Source of the DNA: Nemertoderma westbladi
Taxonomy: Eukaryota > Animalia > Xenacoelomorpha
NCBI GenBank assembly: GCA_032718475.1
Contig: JAUCBJ010003566.1
Location: 1-44,800, forward strand
Direction of reading: 5' to 3'
Length of the DNA stretch: 44,800 bases
Part shown: piece after piece, positions 11,461 to 20,728 of the stretch
How the letters are laid out: each line of letters begins with the position of its first letter
Position numbering within the stretch: position 1 is the first letter of the stretch
Program-made: the position numbers and the translations under genes
Notes under the pieces: model-generated
Seen by the model: only the letters and a program-made list of their open reading frames with translations
What the model was told of the DNA's origin: nothing
Database searches by the model: none

Positions 11461-12651
11461 ATGTCTAAACTGCTGCAATATACAACGAATAAATCTCAAT
11501 CTGCTGGTTGTACAAGTGGGCAGATAGCTATTCAGTTGATAAGTGCAACGTCAGTTATAATGGGAAAAGCAACAGTTAAACTTACCGATAATTGGTATGA
11601 GCCAGTCTTGGTATGGGCATGTAATATAGCGCAAAGTGGCTCCAATAAAAGTGCCGGGAGTAATGAATTGTGTGAAAGCATGAGGTTATTTGATGACGTG
11701 GGATACTATACTGACTTTACTATTGAAAAACTTTTGGCTGATCTGTCAACTAAAAACAGTAGAGCAACTTTGTTTTACGACGAGGGAAAACTATTCTTAA
11801 ACCAAACAGGAAGAGACAAGGCTCTGAAATCACGGGCACATTTGAATAGTCTGTATGGGGGTGGTTCAGTAGTTAAAGATACTGTAAGTGGTGGCAAAAT
11901 GGAAACTGAGTCTACGCGAGTTGCTGTGTTGATGAATATACAGCCGGGCCCATTCATAGATAAATTATTGGGAGATGATAACAATGATGGTTTAGCATCA
12001 CGATTTTTATTGGCCTTTAAAGAAGATCGCGAAGTGAGAACGTTTGAAAGTTTGAAATCTATTCCAAAGTTATCGACTAAAATCGCTGATATAATAAGCG
12101 CTGTACATAATTCTGCAGAGGGGATGGAATTTGTCTTTTCAGAAAATGCTGAACAAGAGTTTGCAGCATTCCACAATGATCACGAAGAAAGAATTAAAAG
12201 CCGTGATACAATGAAAGTAGATGTGATTCGCGATGCATTAAGTAAGAATAAAGGTATGGTGTCACGTATTAGTGCATGCATTCATGTCCTTGAACTGGTC
12301 TTCAGTGGGAAACCTATTGATAATGAAATAATGGGCAGCGATATTCAATACGCTATTGAACTGGTTCAGAATAGTGAGAACGCTCTTACAGTTCTAAGTG
12401 AATTAGGATACAACATACATGAAGAAGAAAAAAGTAAAGATCTTATCAACAATTTAAAACGTATTGTCGACAAAACACTTAAGGCCAACAAGAGCTTTAC
12501 ATACCAGACAATGAACGATCGTTGTTCTTCAATGCTAAAAGCTTTCAATATATCATCTCAAGAAGAATGGATATCACTTATGCAACGTCATGGTTTCGTG
12601 AAATCCCAAACGCTTAGAGGAAATAGGATTTGTTTCCAAGTTGAACAGTAA
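11461..12651 (+). CDS. DUF3987/YfjI-like AAA+ ATPase/helicase (396 aa from first ATG) with possible C-terminal winged helix
   Basis: Walker A-like IAQSGSNKS, DFTIEKLLADL, Walker B LFYDEG, LNSLYGG..V.KD, MNIQPGPF and DGLASRFL (Arg finger-like), in the order and spacing typical of DUF3987 proteins. Intact and intronless. Confidence 0.82.
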   Translation: MSKLLQYTTNKSQSAGCTSGQIAIQLISATSVIMGKATVKLTDNWYEPVLVWACNIAQSGSNKSAGSNELCESMRLFDDVGYYTDFTIEKLLADLSTKNSRATLFYDEGKLFLNQTGRDKALKSRAHLNSLYGGGSVVKDTVSGGKMETESTRVAVLMNIQPGPFIDKLLGDDNNDGLASRFLLAFKEDREVRTFESLKSIPKLSTKIADIISAVHNSAEGMEFVFSENAEQEFAAFHNDHEERIKSRDTMKVDVIRDALSKNKGMVSRISACIHVLELVFSGKPIDNEIMGSDIQYAIELVQNSENALTVLSELGYNIHEEEKSKDLINNLKRIVDKTLKANKSFTYQTMNDRCSSMLKAFNISSQEEWISLMQRHGFVKSQTLRGNRICFQVEQ

Positions 12652-12784
12652 ATTCTAACTAATTTCATATCTATCTATGTATCACATTGTTATACTGTAA
12701 TTCATATATATATCAGGCTTATAACTCATATATAGAGGCATATTATACTCTTCTACCTCAAGTCATTTATCGGTAAATCCGCAT

Positions 12785-13876
12785 TTCATTTTTGTATTCA
12801 TGCATATGCCTTTGTAACCCATTCTTTTACTAACCTGCATAACACGTGACACGTGTTATCTTTCGTTTATTGTTTTGGTTCTATCTACATGCTTCCGTAA
12901 CCTGCTCCTTTACTAACCTGCATAATCTTGTAACACGTGTTAACTATCGTTTATTGTTTTGGTTCTATCTACAGGCCTCTGTAACCAGCTCCTTTACTAA
13001 CCTGCATAATATTGTAACACGTGTTAACATTAACTATCTTTTCTTGTTTTTGTTTTATCTGCCCGCCTCTGTAACCTGCTCATTTACTAACCTGCATAAT
13101 CTTGTAACACGTGTTAACTATAGTTTATTGTTTTGGTGCTATCTACATGCCTCTGTAACCAGCTCCTTTACTAACCTGCATAATCTTGTAACACGTATTA
13201 ACTATCGTTTATTGTTTTGGTTCTATCTGCCCGCCTCTGTAACCTGCTCCTTTACTAACCTGCATAATCTTGTAACACGTGTTAACTATCGTTTATTGTT
13301 TTGGTTCTATCTACCCGCCTCTGTAACCTGCTCCTTTACTAACCTGCATAATCTTGTAACACGTGTTAACTATCGTTTATTGTTTTGGTTCTATCTACCC
13401 GCCTCTGTAACCTGCTCCTTTACTAACCTTCATAATCTTGTAACACGTGTTAACAATCGTTTATTGTTTTGGTTCTATCTGCCCGCCCCTGTAACCTGCT
13501 CCTTTACTAACCTGCATAATCTTGTAACACGTGTTAACTATCGTTTATTGTTTTGGTTCTATCTGCCCGCCTCTGTAACCTGCTCCTTTACTAACGTGCA
13601 TAATCTTATAACACGTGTTAACTGTCGTTTATTGTTTTGATTCTATCTGCCTGCCTCTCTAACCTGCTCCTTTACTAACCTGCATAATCTTGTAACATGT
13701 GTTAACTATCGTTTATTGTTTTGGTTCTTTCTACCCGCCTCTATATCCTGCTCCTTTACTAACCTGCATAATCTTATAACATGTGTTAACTATCGTTTAT
13801 TGTTTTGGTTCTATCTACATGCCTCTGTAATCTGCTCCTTACTAACCTGCATAATCTTATAACATGGGTTAACTAT
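12785..13876 (+). repeat. 84-bp tandem array (about 13 copies) inside the right part of the KDZ element
   Basis: Unit tactaacctgcataatcttgtaacacgtgttaactatcgtttattgttttggttctatctacccgcctctgtaacctgctcctt; 28-aa periodicity in ORF 12846-13640. Confidence 0.97.
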
Positions 13877-14256
13877 CCCAAGTACCTTATTCCCAAATTC
13901 CAAATACCTTAATCCCAAATACCTTATTCCCAAATCCCAAATACCTTATTCCCAAATCCCAAATACCTTAATCCCAAATACCTTATTCCCAAATACCTTA
14001 ATCCCAAATACCTTATTCCCAAATCCCAAATACCTTAATCCCAAATCCCAAATACCTTATTCCCAAATCCCAAATACCTTAATCCCAAATCCCAAATACC
14101 TTATTCCTAAATACCTTAATCCCAAATACCTTAATCCCAAATACCTTATTCCCAAAACCCAAATACCTTATTCCCAAATCCCAAATACCTTAATCCAAAT
14201 ACATTATTCCCAAATCCCAAATACCTTAATCCCAAATTCCTTAATCCCAAATCCCA
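13876..14256 (-). repeat. Right subterminal telomere-like array (AAATCCCAAATACCTTATTCCC)n
   Basis: Reverse complement of the 6695-7161 array; sits just inside the right TIR. Confidence 0.95.
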
Positions 14257-14965
14257 CATGGTATTTGCGTCCAGTTTCCCCCCCTGTCTCCAATTTTTTG
14301 GTTAACGGTTTTGATTTTACAACTACCTACAGTCAGTGCTACAGAGATATACAAGAATGTATCATATTATAAAATAATAGAAACACTTGTTGCTTTTTAT
14401 TGAATATGATAAACATATTGAAGTGGCAACGATTCAGTCAGACTGCAGTAGATATATGGGAAATAAACTACGACTGTGAAAACCATAAAAAAAAGTCGGT
14501 GGACATTTTTACATATCATTTTCTAGAACATGAGAACATGATTTTTACTCCTACAAAGATGGCAGGGCAGGACATCGATATCGTTTTGGAAAACATCGTT
14601 TTGGATGAGTTAATGGCCGCAATAAAATTAAAAATGCCGATCCCGACAGTGGCAATCCCGATCCCCTTGCTACACTATTCTCTATAGTAGAACTATGTGA
14701 CGCCTGTGATGTCTGCAGCAGAACTATCTGCTGCACAAGTTCATGAGTGTCATACACTCTAGTACTTTTTGTCGAAGCCAGCGGCATATAGGATGCAGCT
14801 GGTTCGAAAAGGGCTGTCTGATGTGTCATGATTTAGGGAGAACGATGAATCGAATATTACGTTTTAATGTAATTTTAACTTCAAAGAGCCATTTAACTAT
14901 GGAAAGTGTAATAATTCGAAAAAACTATAAATTAACTAACTTATTACCATTGGGGTTTCACGCTG

Positions 14966-15297
14966 CAGTGTTTATACGGGATCACGATTCCGGAACGTCG
15001 CGAACCGGCGAAAAATATAATCCCGATCCCGAATTTTGTTGGAAAGGGATTCAGAAGTTTAAATAGTGAAGTTAAAATTATCGAATATCCGAAGAATAGT
15101 TGCAGAAGGGCAGAAATGTATTGATTATATATACCGAATTGATATGTCAGTAAACCATCCAGAAATCAACTATAAGGGGGCGGGGGTTCATAAACAATTC
15201 ACGCAAGCTCGATCCCCCCCCCCCCCCCCCTCCTCCCCTTCGAGAGCTGCAATCCCGTTCCGGAAATCCCGAAATGTCTAAACCCCAATAAACACTT
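14966..15297. mobile_element. Degenerate hAT-like MITE resembling the outer element at 6495-14678
   Basis: CAGTGTTTATACGGG versus CCCCAATAAACACTT (12/15 inverted match) with ATCCCGA/ATCCCG subterminal motifs. No TSD found. Confidence 0.4.
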
Positions 15298-15485
15298 AGT
15301 GTCTAGTTTTAACTGGCCACGCTAATAAATATAAGGTCGGAGGCAACAAGGAGACTCGCTAAACTATATATAATTATATTTAATATATCAGTGGTGGATA
15401 TATATATATATATATACCGGTACGGTAATAATGTTATACCTTCTTTTACACCAGGAGGTTCATTAATTAATTAATAATCACCAAC

Positions 15486-15714
15486 CTGACTTTGTCGCAG
15501 TCGCTTTAGGAGCACCAACTTGGTTTCCTCGGCGGCCAGCTGTTCCGTTAAGGTCTTTATTTTCCGTCGGACCAGCGTCAACCCCGATCCGTCGATGGCC
15601 TTGGCGCGAGTTCGACGGGACACCGGGGGGAGATTGGTCGCGCTGGGGACACTGCCGCTGGAGGCGCTGGAGACAGACGCCGGGGAGTCCGGTTGGGAGA
15701 GACTCGCGTACCGA
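15486..15714 (-). CDS. GATAD2: GATAD2/p66 (NuRD subunit) exon encoding the CR1 coiled coil
   Basis: IKTLTEQLAAEETKLVLLKRLRQSQ matches the p66 CR1 motif (L..EE.KLVLLK.LRQSQ). Acceptor tgtttatcccccAG at 15716-15715 and donor GTTGGT at 15485. Confidence 0.85.
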
Positions 15715-15851
15715 CTGGGGGATAAACAATCACGGTGGTTACAGGGGAGCAATCGGCGGGATCTCGGTGAATTAATATATATACCGCTACTAAATGTCCA
15801 ACCAGTACCGGTAGGCCTACTGCATAATACCGGTACCGGTACCAATTACAT

Positions 15852-15968
15852 GGTGGTCGGCCCATGACTTTCTTGAGACGCATCTTAAAGGACACTCGCC
15901 TTGAAGATGCGGATGATCTAGCAAATGTCATGGGTGATAGGGAGTTGTGGCGGTGCAATTTTGTCGAT
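15852..15968 (+). mobile_element. 3' fragment of an RTE-like LINE ORF2 in a GATAD2 intron
   Basis: Translates as GGRPMTFLRRILKDTRLEDADDLANVMGDRELWR, matching the GRP...DR..WR C-terminal signature. Confidence 0.65.
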
Positions 15969-16199
15969 AAGCCGGCACAGCATTCTTAAAAATGCAGCTG
16001 CAATGCATCATGCCGATCCTAGTAGTAGGTACCAATTAATTATTTAGTGGGGTAGTAAATTACACAGACCCTATTGATTTCATATGGTTTTCAGTCGAAA
16101 TCGCTAACTCTAGAAACGGGTAGTGAAATAAATGAATACCGGTACCAAATGATGGAAATAATTTATTTATGATGGGTAACTGTAACCTCTCCAACTCAC

Positions 16200-16922
16200 C
16201 TTATCGGTTTATCCGGGTACAATTTATCGCCATCGTTGTCGCTCGCCTCTTCCAGCTCGTCAACCGCCATAGCGGAAGGGATGTCTACCCGATCCGAATC
16301 AACCGAGGTTGGGTTGACTGGAGTAGAAGAACCATCATCCATCTCTTCGGGCCCACTGTCCATATCAACCTCTACATTGTCTGCAACCTCCATCAGTGAA
16401 CCATCACCACCCTCTGACGCGCTCTTCACCGCCTCAGGCACATCGCCAATCTCCACCACCGGCTCGGGCACACTGTCCATATCAACCTCTACATTGTCTG
16501 CAACCTCCATCAGTGAACCATCACCACCCACTGACGCGCTCTTCACCGCCGCAGGCACGTCGCCAATCTCCACCACCGGCTCGTTCTCAACACCCAGAGG
16601 TGCGAAAACGCCGCTACGCTTAGCGGCTACCGTGTCCGACATGAGAGAGGCGAAATCGACGGCCTCAACCGCGAGGGTGTCGCGTTCTGTAGTGGTGCCT
16701 CCGTGGAGTGCCCCCGAGGAGGGCTCGGTGGCACCGTCGGGGTAGCACTCCGCCTCGTCCGGATCGGACCCCGGACAGCCATCCGAGTCGGGGAGATCCT
16801 CCGAGCCGGAATCCAGACCCCCATTCACCGGATGGGTGTCGGTGTCGTCCCATCCGACACCGTTGTCCCCATTACTAAGCCGGACCTGCTTAGATGAAGG
16901 CTCCAAATTGTCCCCACATTCA
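16200..16922 (-). CDS. GATAD2: GATAD2 upstream acidic, low-complexity coding exon
   Basis: Open GC-rich frame, acceptor tttttttatttAG at 16924-16923 and donor AG|GTGAGT at 16199. Both ends are phase 2 and join in frame to the flanking exons (AC+T, AG+T). Confidence 0.78.
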
Positions 16923-17069
16923 CTAAATAAAAAAAAACAATAGGAACCCGGGTAATACAGTAGGCCGACCGCTACCGGTAATTGTAACCGGAGAAGGCAG
17001 TAAGAGTAAAGACATTTAACTTATAATATTACGGTTAAACCGTAATTAGTTTACAATTGAGCGACTTAC

Positions 17070-17209
17070 GTTGCTAGATTGTTTTCTGGCGACATATTCA
17101 CCTCGTGTTGCCGTTTACGACTAGCGGCCGTAGCCATTCGGTCTACTCCTGGTAGATCGGTGATCCCGTCCCCATTGGTGTTTCCCAGACAATCAGTAAT
17201 CCCATTCAT
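17070..17209 (-). CDS. GATAD2: Probable first coding exon of GATAD2 (MNGITD...)
   Basis: Acceptor ctgttacAG at 17229-17228, ATG at 17209, donor AC|GTAAGT at 17069, phase-compatible with the next exon. Confidence 0.65.
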
Positions 17210-17719
17210 ATTTCGGCCTGTCAATATCTGTAACAGATAGTACCACGTTTCCTTTTCATTCGGCCTCAATGCCAGTATTTTTTTACTATTTTAAGAATTG
17301 TTAAAAAAAATTAAACAACAAAATGTCACAACTTAATACACATAAGAAACCTTTAGCTCGTAATGGTAATGGGGGGCAGTGACTATCATTATTATATTAA
17401 TATTTTAAGTATTTATAAAAATTTTATTGTAATTTAAATGTTAAATTGAATTTGAAGGTGGAAGAAAAGCATGCACCTTCGTCTACTATTCGTAGTTACT
17501 ACTATGTTATATTATTATGAGATGTTTTTTATTAATACAAAAATTTATTTTCCATATTGGTTAGAGTGTTAGTGCAAAAAATAATTATTTAGCAATTGAA
17601 CAAAACGTCACAATGATAAATCACTTTGTGACGTCATATCCGCAACAGTTTTGGAATTATCATATTATAACAGTATAATCCCCACCCCAAATCACCTTTA
17701 CTAGAACCAGTTCCAACTG

Positions 17720-17900
17720 GTACTCACATGTATCCCACATGACACTTAATTTCGCGAAATATTATTCGGCAGGCAGCGGAAGTAAATTGTTTATGAAGGA
17801 CAGTCTGGTTACCCGGGTGAAATATTTAGCCAATCGGGAGTGAGCGCCGAAGGAGCGGCTGTTGGCTTGAGGATTGGCAGAGAGCAATGCGCCAGGGCCA
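17720..17900 (-). promoter_or_regulatory. Candidate GATAD2 promoter and non-coding first exon
   Basis: Locally GC/CpG-richer, with CCAAT boxes near 17830 and 17873, a minus-strand GTGAGT donor at about 17726, and a TGACGTCA site at 17629-17636 nearby. Confidence 0.35.
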
Positions 17901-18320
17901 GGCCAACCCAACCGACAGAATACGCACGCTGCATGCGGTTGGTAAATAATAAGTGCTGGGTTGATTTGAACCAAGGAGCACAAATCATTAATTTGGCACC
18001 AACGCCCAGCCGGTAAGATTGCGGAAATGTCGATCCCCATAAAAAAATTAAAAGATTATACGACACCGACTTCAGATTATAATATAACACAATCATAGGA
18101 AACAAAAAATACTTCATTTACATTACATTACAGCTTGATTTCAGTCTTCCCAACCACTGCATTGCGGAAAATGACCAATAAAACGAATTGCACTTGCACG
18201 GCGCAAATGAAATATAATTCTGTAATAATTGGTTGACTAAGTTAAGTAAGTCTAAAGCACAAAACGCGACAGGTACCGCGAAGTCCAGGACGGGACAAAG
18301 TTTATACAAAATGGGACTAA

Positions 18321-18623
18321 GGCCCGACGCACACTAGAGATGCAAGATGCACGATGCAATTTTTTTTAGAATACATTATTTCCTATCAGACCACGCACAC
18401 TAGAGATGCAAGATGCAAAAAAGGATATCCTCGAAGTTCTATTTTTTCGCACACTAGAGATGCAAGATGCATAATAAATTCTTTGAAATATGCATTAATA
18501 TAATCAAAGTATAATATATAAAATAAAATACGATGCATCTTGCATCTCCAGTGTACGTCGGGAACGATTTTTGCATCTTGAATCTTGCATCGCGCATCTT
18601 GCATCTCTAGTGTGCGGCGGGCC
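18321..18623. mobile_element. PIF/Harbinger (Tourist-like) MITE, 303 bp
   Basis: TIR GGCCCGACGCACACTAGAGATGCAAGATGC versus GCATCTTGCATCTCTAGTGTGCGGCGGGCC, with TAA TSD at 18318-18320 and 18624-18626. Internal repeats of cgcacactagagatgcaagatgc. Confidence 0.9.
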
Positions 18624-18844
18624 TAAGACATGGGCTTCAAAACTTGTCTGGTGACACTCAATTCAATTAAATAATAGTTATTATTATTGCGGAAAACAGT
18701 AGAAAGACAAGTCTTATTTGCGATTTTGATGGAAATTTACTGAAGTAGCTGTTAGCAGTTGTCGTCGTCGTCCACAAAAAGAGGGCCACGAACGGTAAGG
18801 GTAGAGGGAAACGGGGCGGGGCACGTTCCACAGGCTCAGATGAA

Positions 18845-20728
18845 GAGGGAAACGTTCCTGACAGAGAGAGAGAAACGTTCCCCATAGGGAGAGGGAAACG
18901 TTCCTCACAGGGAGAGGGAAACGTTCCTCACAGGGAGAGGGAAACGTTCCTCACAGGGAGAGGGAAACGTTCCTCACAGGGAGAGGGAAACGTTCCTCAC
19001 CGGGAGAGGGAAACGTTCTTCATCGGGAGACGTTCCTCACAGGGAGGGGAGAGGGGAACGTTCCTCACAGGGAGAGGGAAAAGTTCCTCACAGGGAGAGG
19101 GAAACGTTCCTCACAGGGTGACGGAAACGTTCCTCACAGGGAGAGGGAAACGTTCCTCACCGGGAGAGGGAAACGTTCTTCATCGGGAGACGTTCCTCAC
19201 AGGGAGGGGAGAGGGGAACGTTCCTCACAGGGAGAGGGAAAAGTTCCTCACAGGGAGAGGGAAACGTTCCTCACAGGGTGACGGAAACGTTCCTCACAGG
19301 GAGAGGGAAACGTTCCTCACCGGGAGAGGGAAACGTTCTTCATCGGGAGACGTTCCTCACAGGGAGGGGAGAGGGGAACGTTCCTCACAGGGAGAGGGAA
19401 ACGTTCCTCACAGGGAGAGGGAAACGTTCCTCACAGGGAGAGGGAAACGTTCCTCACAGGGAGAGGGAAACGTTCCTCACCGGGAGAGGGAAACGTTCTT
19501 CACAGGGAGAGGGAAACGTTCCTCACAGGGAGAGGGAAACGTTCCTCACAGGGAGAGGGAAACGTTCCTCACAGGGAGAGGGAAACGTTCCTCACCGGGA
19601 GAGGGAAACGTTCTTCATCGGGAGAGGGAAACGTTCCTCACAGGGAGAGGGAAACGTTCCTCACAGGGAGAGGGAAACGTTCCTCACAGGGAGAGGGAAA
19701 CGTTCCTCACAGGGAGAGGGAAACGTTCCTCACAGGGAGAGGGAAACGTTCCTCACAGGGAGAGGGAAACGTTCCTCACAGGGAGAGGGAAACGTTCCTC
19801 ACAGGGAGAGGGAAACGTTCCTCACAGGGAGAGGGAAACGTTCCTCACAGGGAGAGGGAAACGTTCCTCACAGGGAGAGGGAAACGTTCCTCACCGGGAG
19901 AGGGAAACGTTCTTCATCGGGAGACGTTCCTCACAGGGAGGGGAGAGGGGAACGTTCCTCACAGGGAGAGGGAAAAGTTCCTCACAGGGAGAGGGAAACG
20001 TTCCTCACAGGGTGACGGAAACGTTCCTCACAGGTAGAGGGAAACGTTCCTCACATGGATGGAAACGTTCCCTAACAGGGCAGGAAGAGGAAAACGTTCC
20101 ATACATGAAGAGGGAAACGTTCCTCACAGGGAGGGAAACGTTCCTCACAGGGAAACGTTCCTCACAGGGGAGGGAAGTGTTCCGCACAGAAAGAGGGAAT
20201 CGTTCCTCACAAGAGAGGGAAACGTTCCTCACAGAAAGAGGGGAACGTTCCTCACAAGAGAGGGAAACGTTCCTCACAAGAGAGGGAAACGTTCCTCTCA
20301 AGAGAAGGAAACGTTCCTCACAGAAAGGGGGAAACGTTCCTCACAAAGAGAGGGAAACGTTCCACACAGAAGAAAGAGGGAAACGTTCCTCACAAGAAAG
20401 GAAAACGTTCCTCACAAGAGAGGGAAACGTTCCTCACAGGGAGGGAAACGTTCCACAAAGGGAGAGGAAAACGTACCTCACAGCAGGGAGATGGAAACGT
20501 TCCTCACAGGGAGAGGGAAACGTTCCTCACCGGGAGAGGGAAACGTTCCTCACAGAAAGGGGGAAACGTTCCCCATAAGAAGGAAAACGTTCCTCACAAG
20601 AGAGGGAAACGTTCCTCACAGGGAGGGAAACGTTCCTCATCGGGAGATGGAAACGTTCCTCACCGGGAGAGGGAAACGTTCCTCACAGAAAGGGGGAAAC
20701 GTTCCTCACAAAGAGAGGGAAACGTTCT
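18845..20728. repeat. Satellite, 23-bp unit, about 80 copies, with a 160-bp higher-order repeat at left and a degenerate right third
   Basis: Unit gggagagggaaacgttcctcaca; variant blocks recur at a 160-bp offset (19118 and 19278). Confidence 0.98.

Larger units (their letters stand above)
6617..14290 (+). mobile_element. KDZ-type DNA transposon, 7,674 bp, carrying transposase plus DUF3987 ATPase/helicase gene
   Basis: TIRs CAGATAGGGGGGGAAACTGGAC (6617-6638) and GTCCAGTTTCCCCCCCTGTCTC (14269-14290), 20/22 match. Perfect 8-bp TSD CAATTTTT at 6609-6616 and 14291-14298. Inverted subterminal arrays and two intact ORFs lie inside. 8-bp TSDs are known for Zisupton. Confidence 0.9.
6495..14678. mobile_element. 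Older MITE (about 500 bp once the nested element is removed) that hosts the KDZ transposon
   Basis: TIR ATAGTGTTGCAACGGGATC (6495-6513) versus GATCCCCTTGCTACACTAT (14660-14678), 17/19 match. Flanks TCTCTGTA and TCTCTATA match 7/8; a 6- or 10-bp TSD reading is also possible. ATCCCGA subterminal motifs occur at both ends. Confidence 0.75.

Noticed and set aside
11775-12548. Antisense ORFs over the DUF3987 gene, and similar ones over the GATAD2 and V-ATPase exons
   Set aside because: Shadow ORFs of real coding sequence on the opposite strand.
7713-12651. Bacterial or phage contamination as the source of the intronless ORFs
   Set aside because: The ORFs lie within TIRs and a perfect TSD and share repeats with the flanking host DNA; KDZ transposases are eukaryotic. 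Read-level confirmation is still advisable.
12846-13640. 264-aa hydrophobic repeat ORF inside the transposon
   Set aside because: Translation of the 84-bp array; GTG start, and the unit occurs elsewhere as non-coding sequence.
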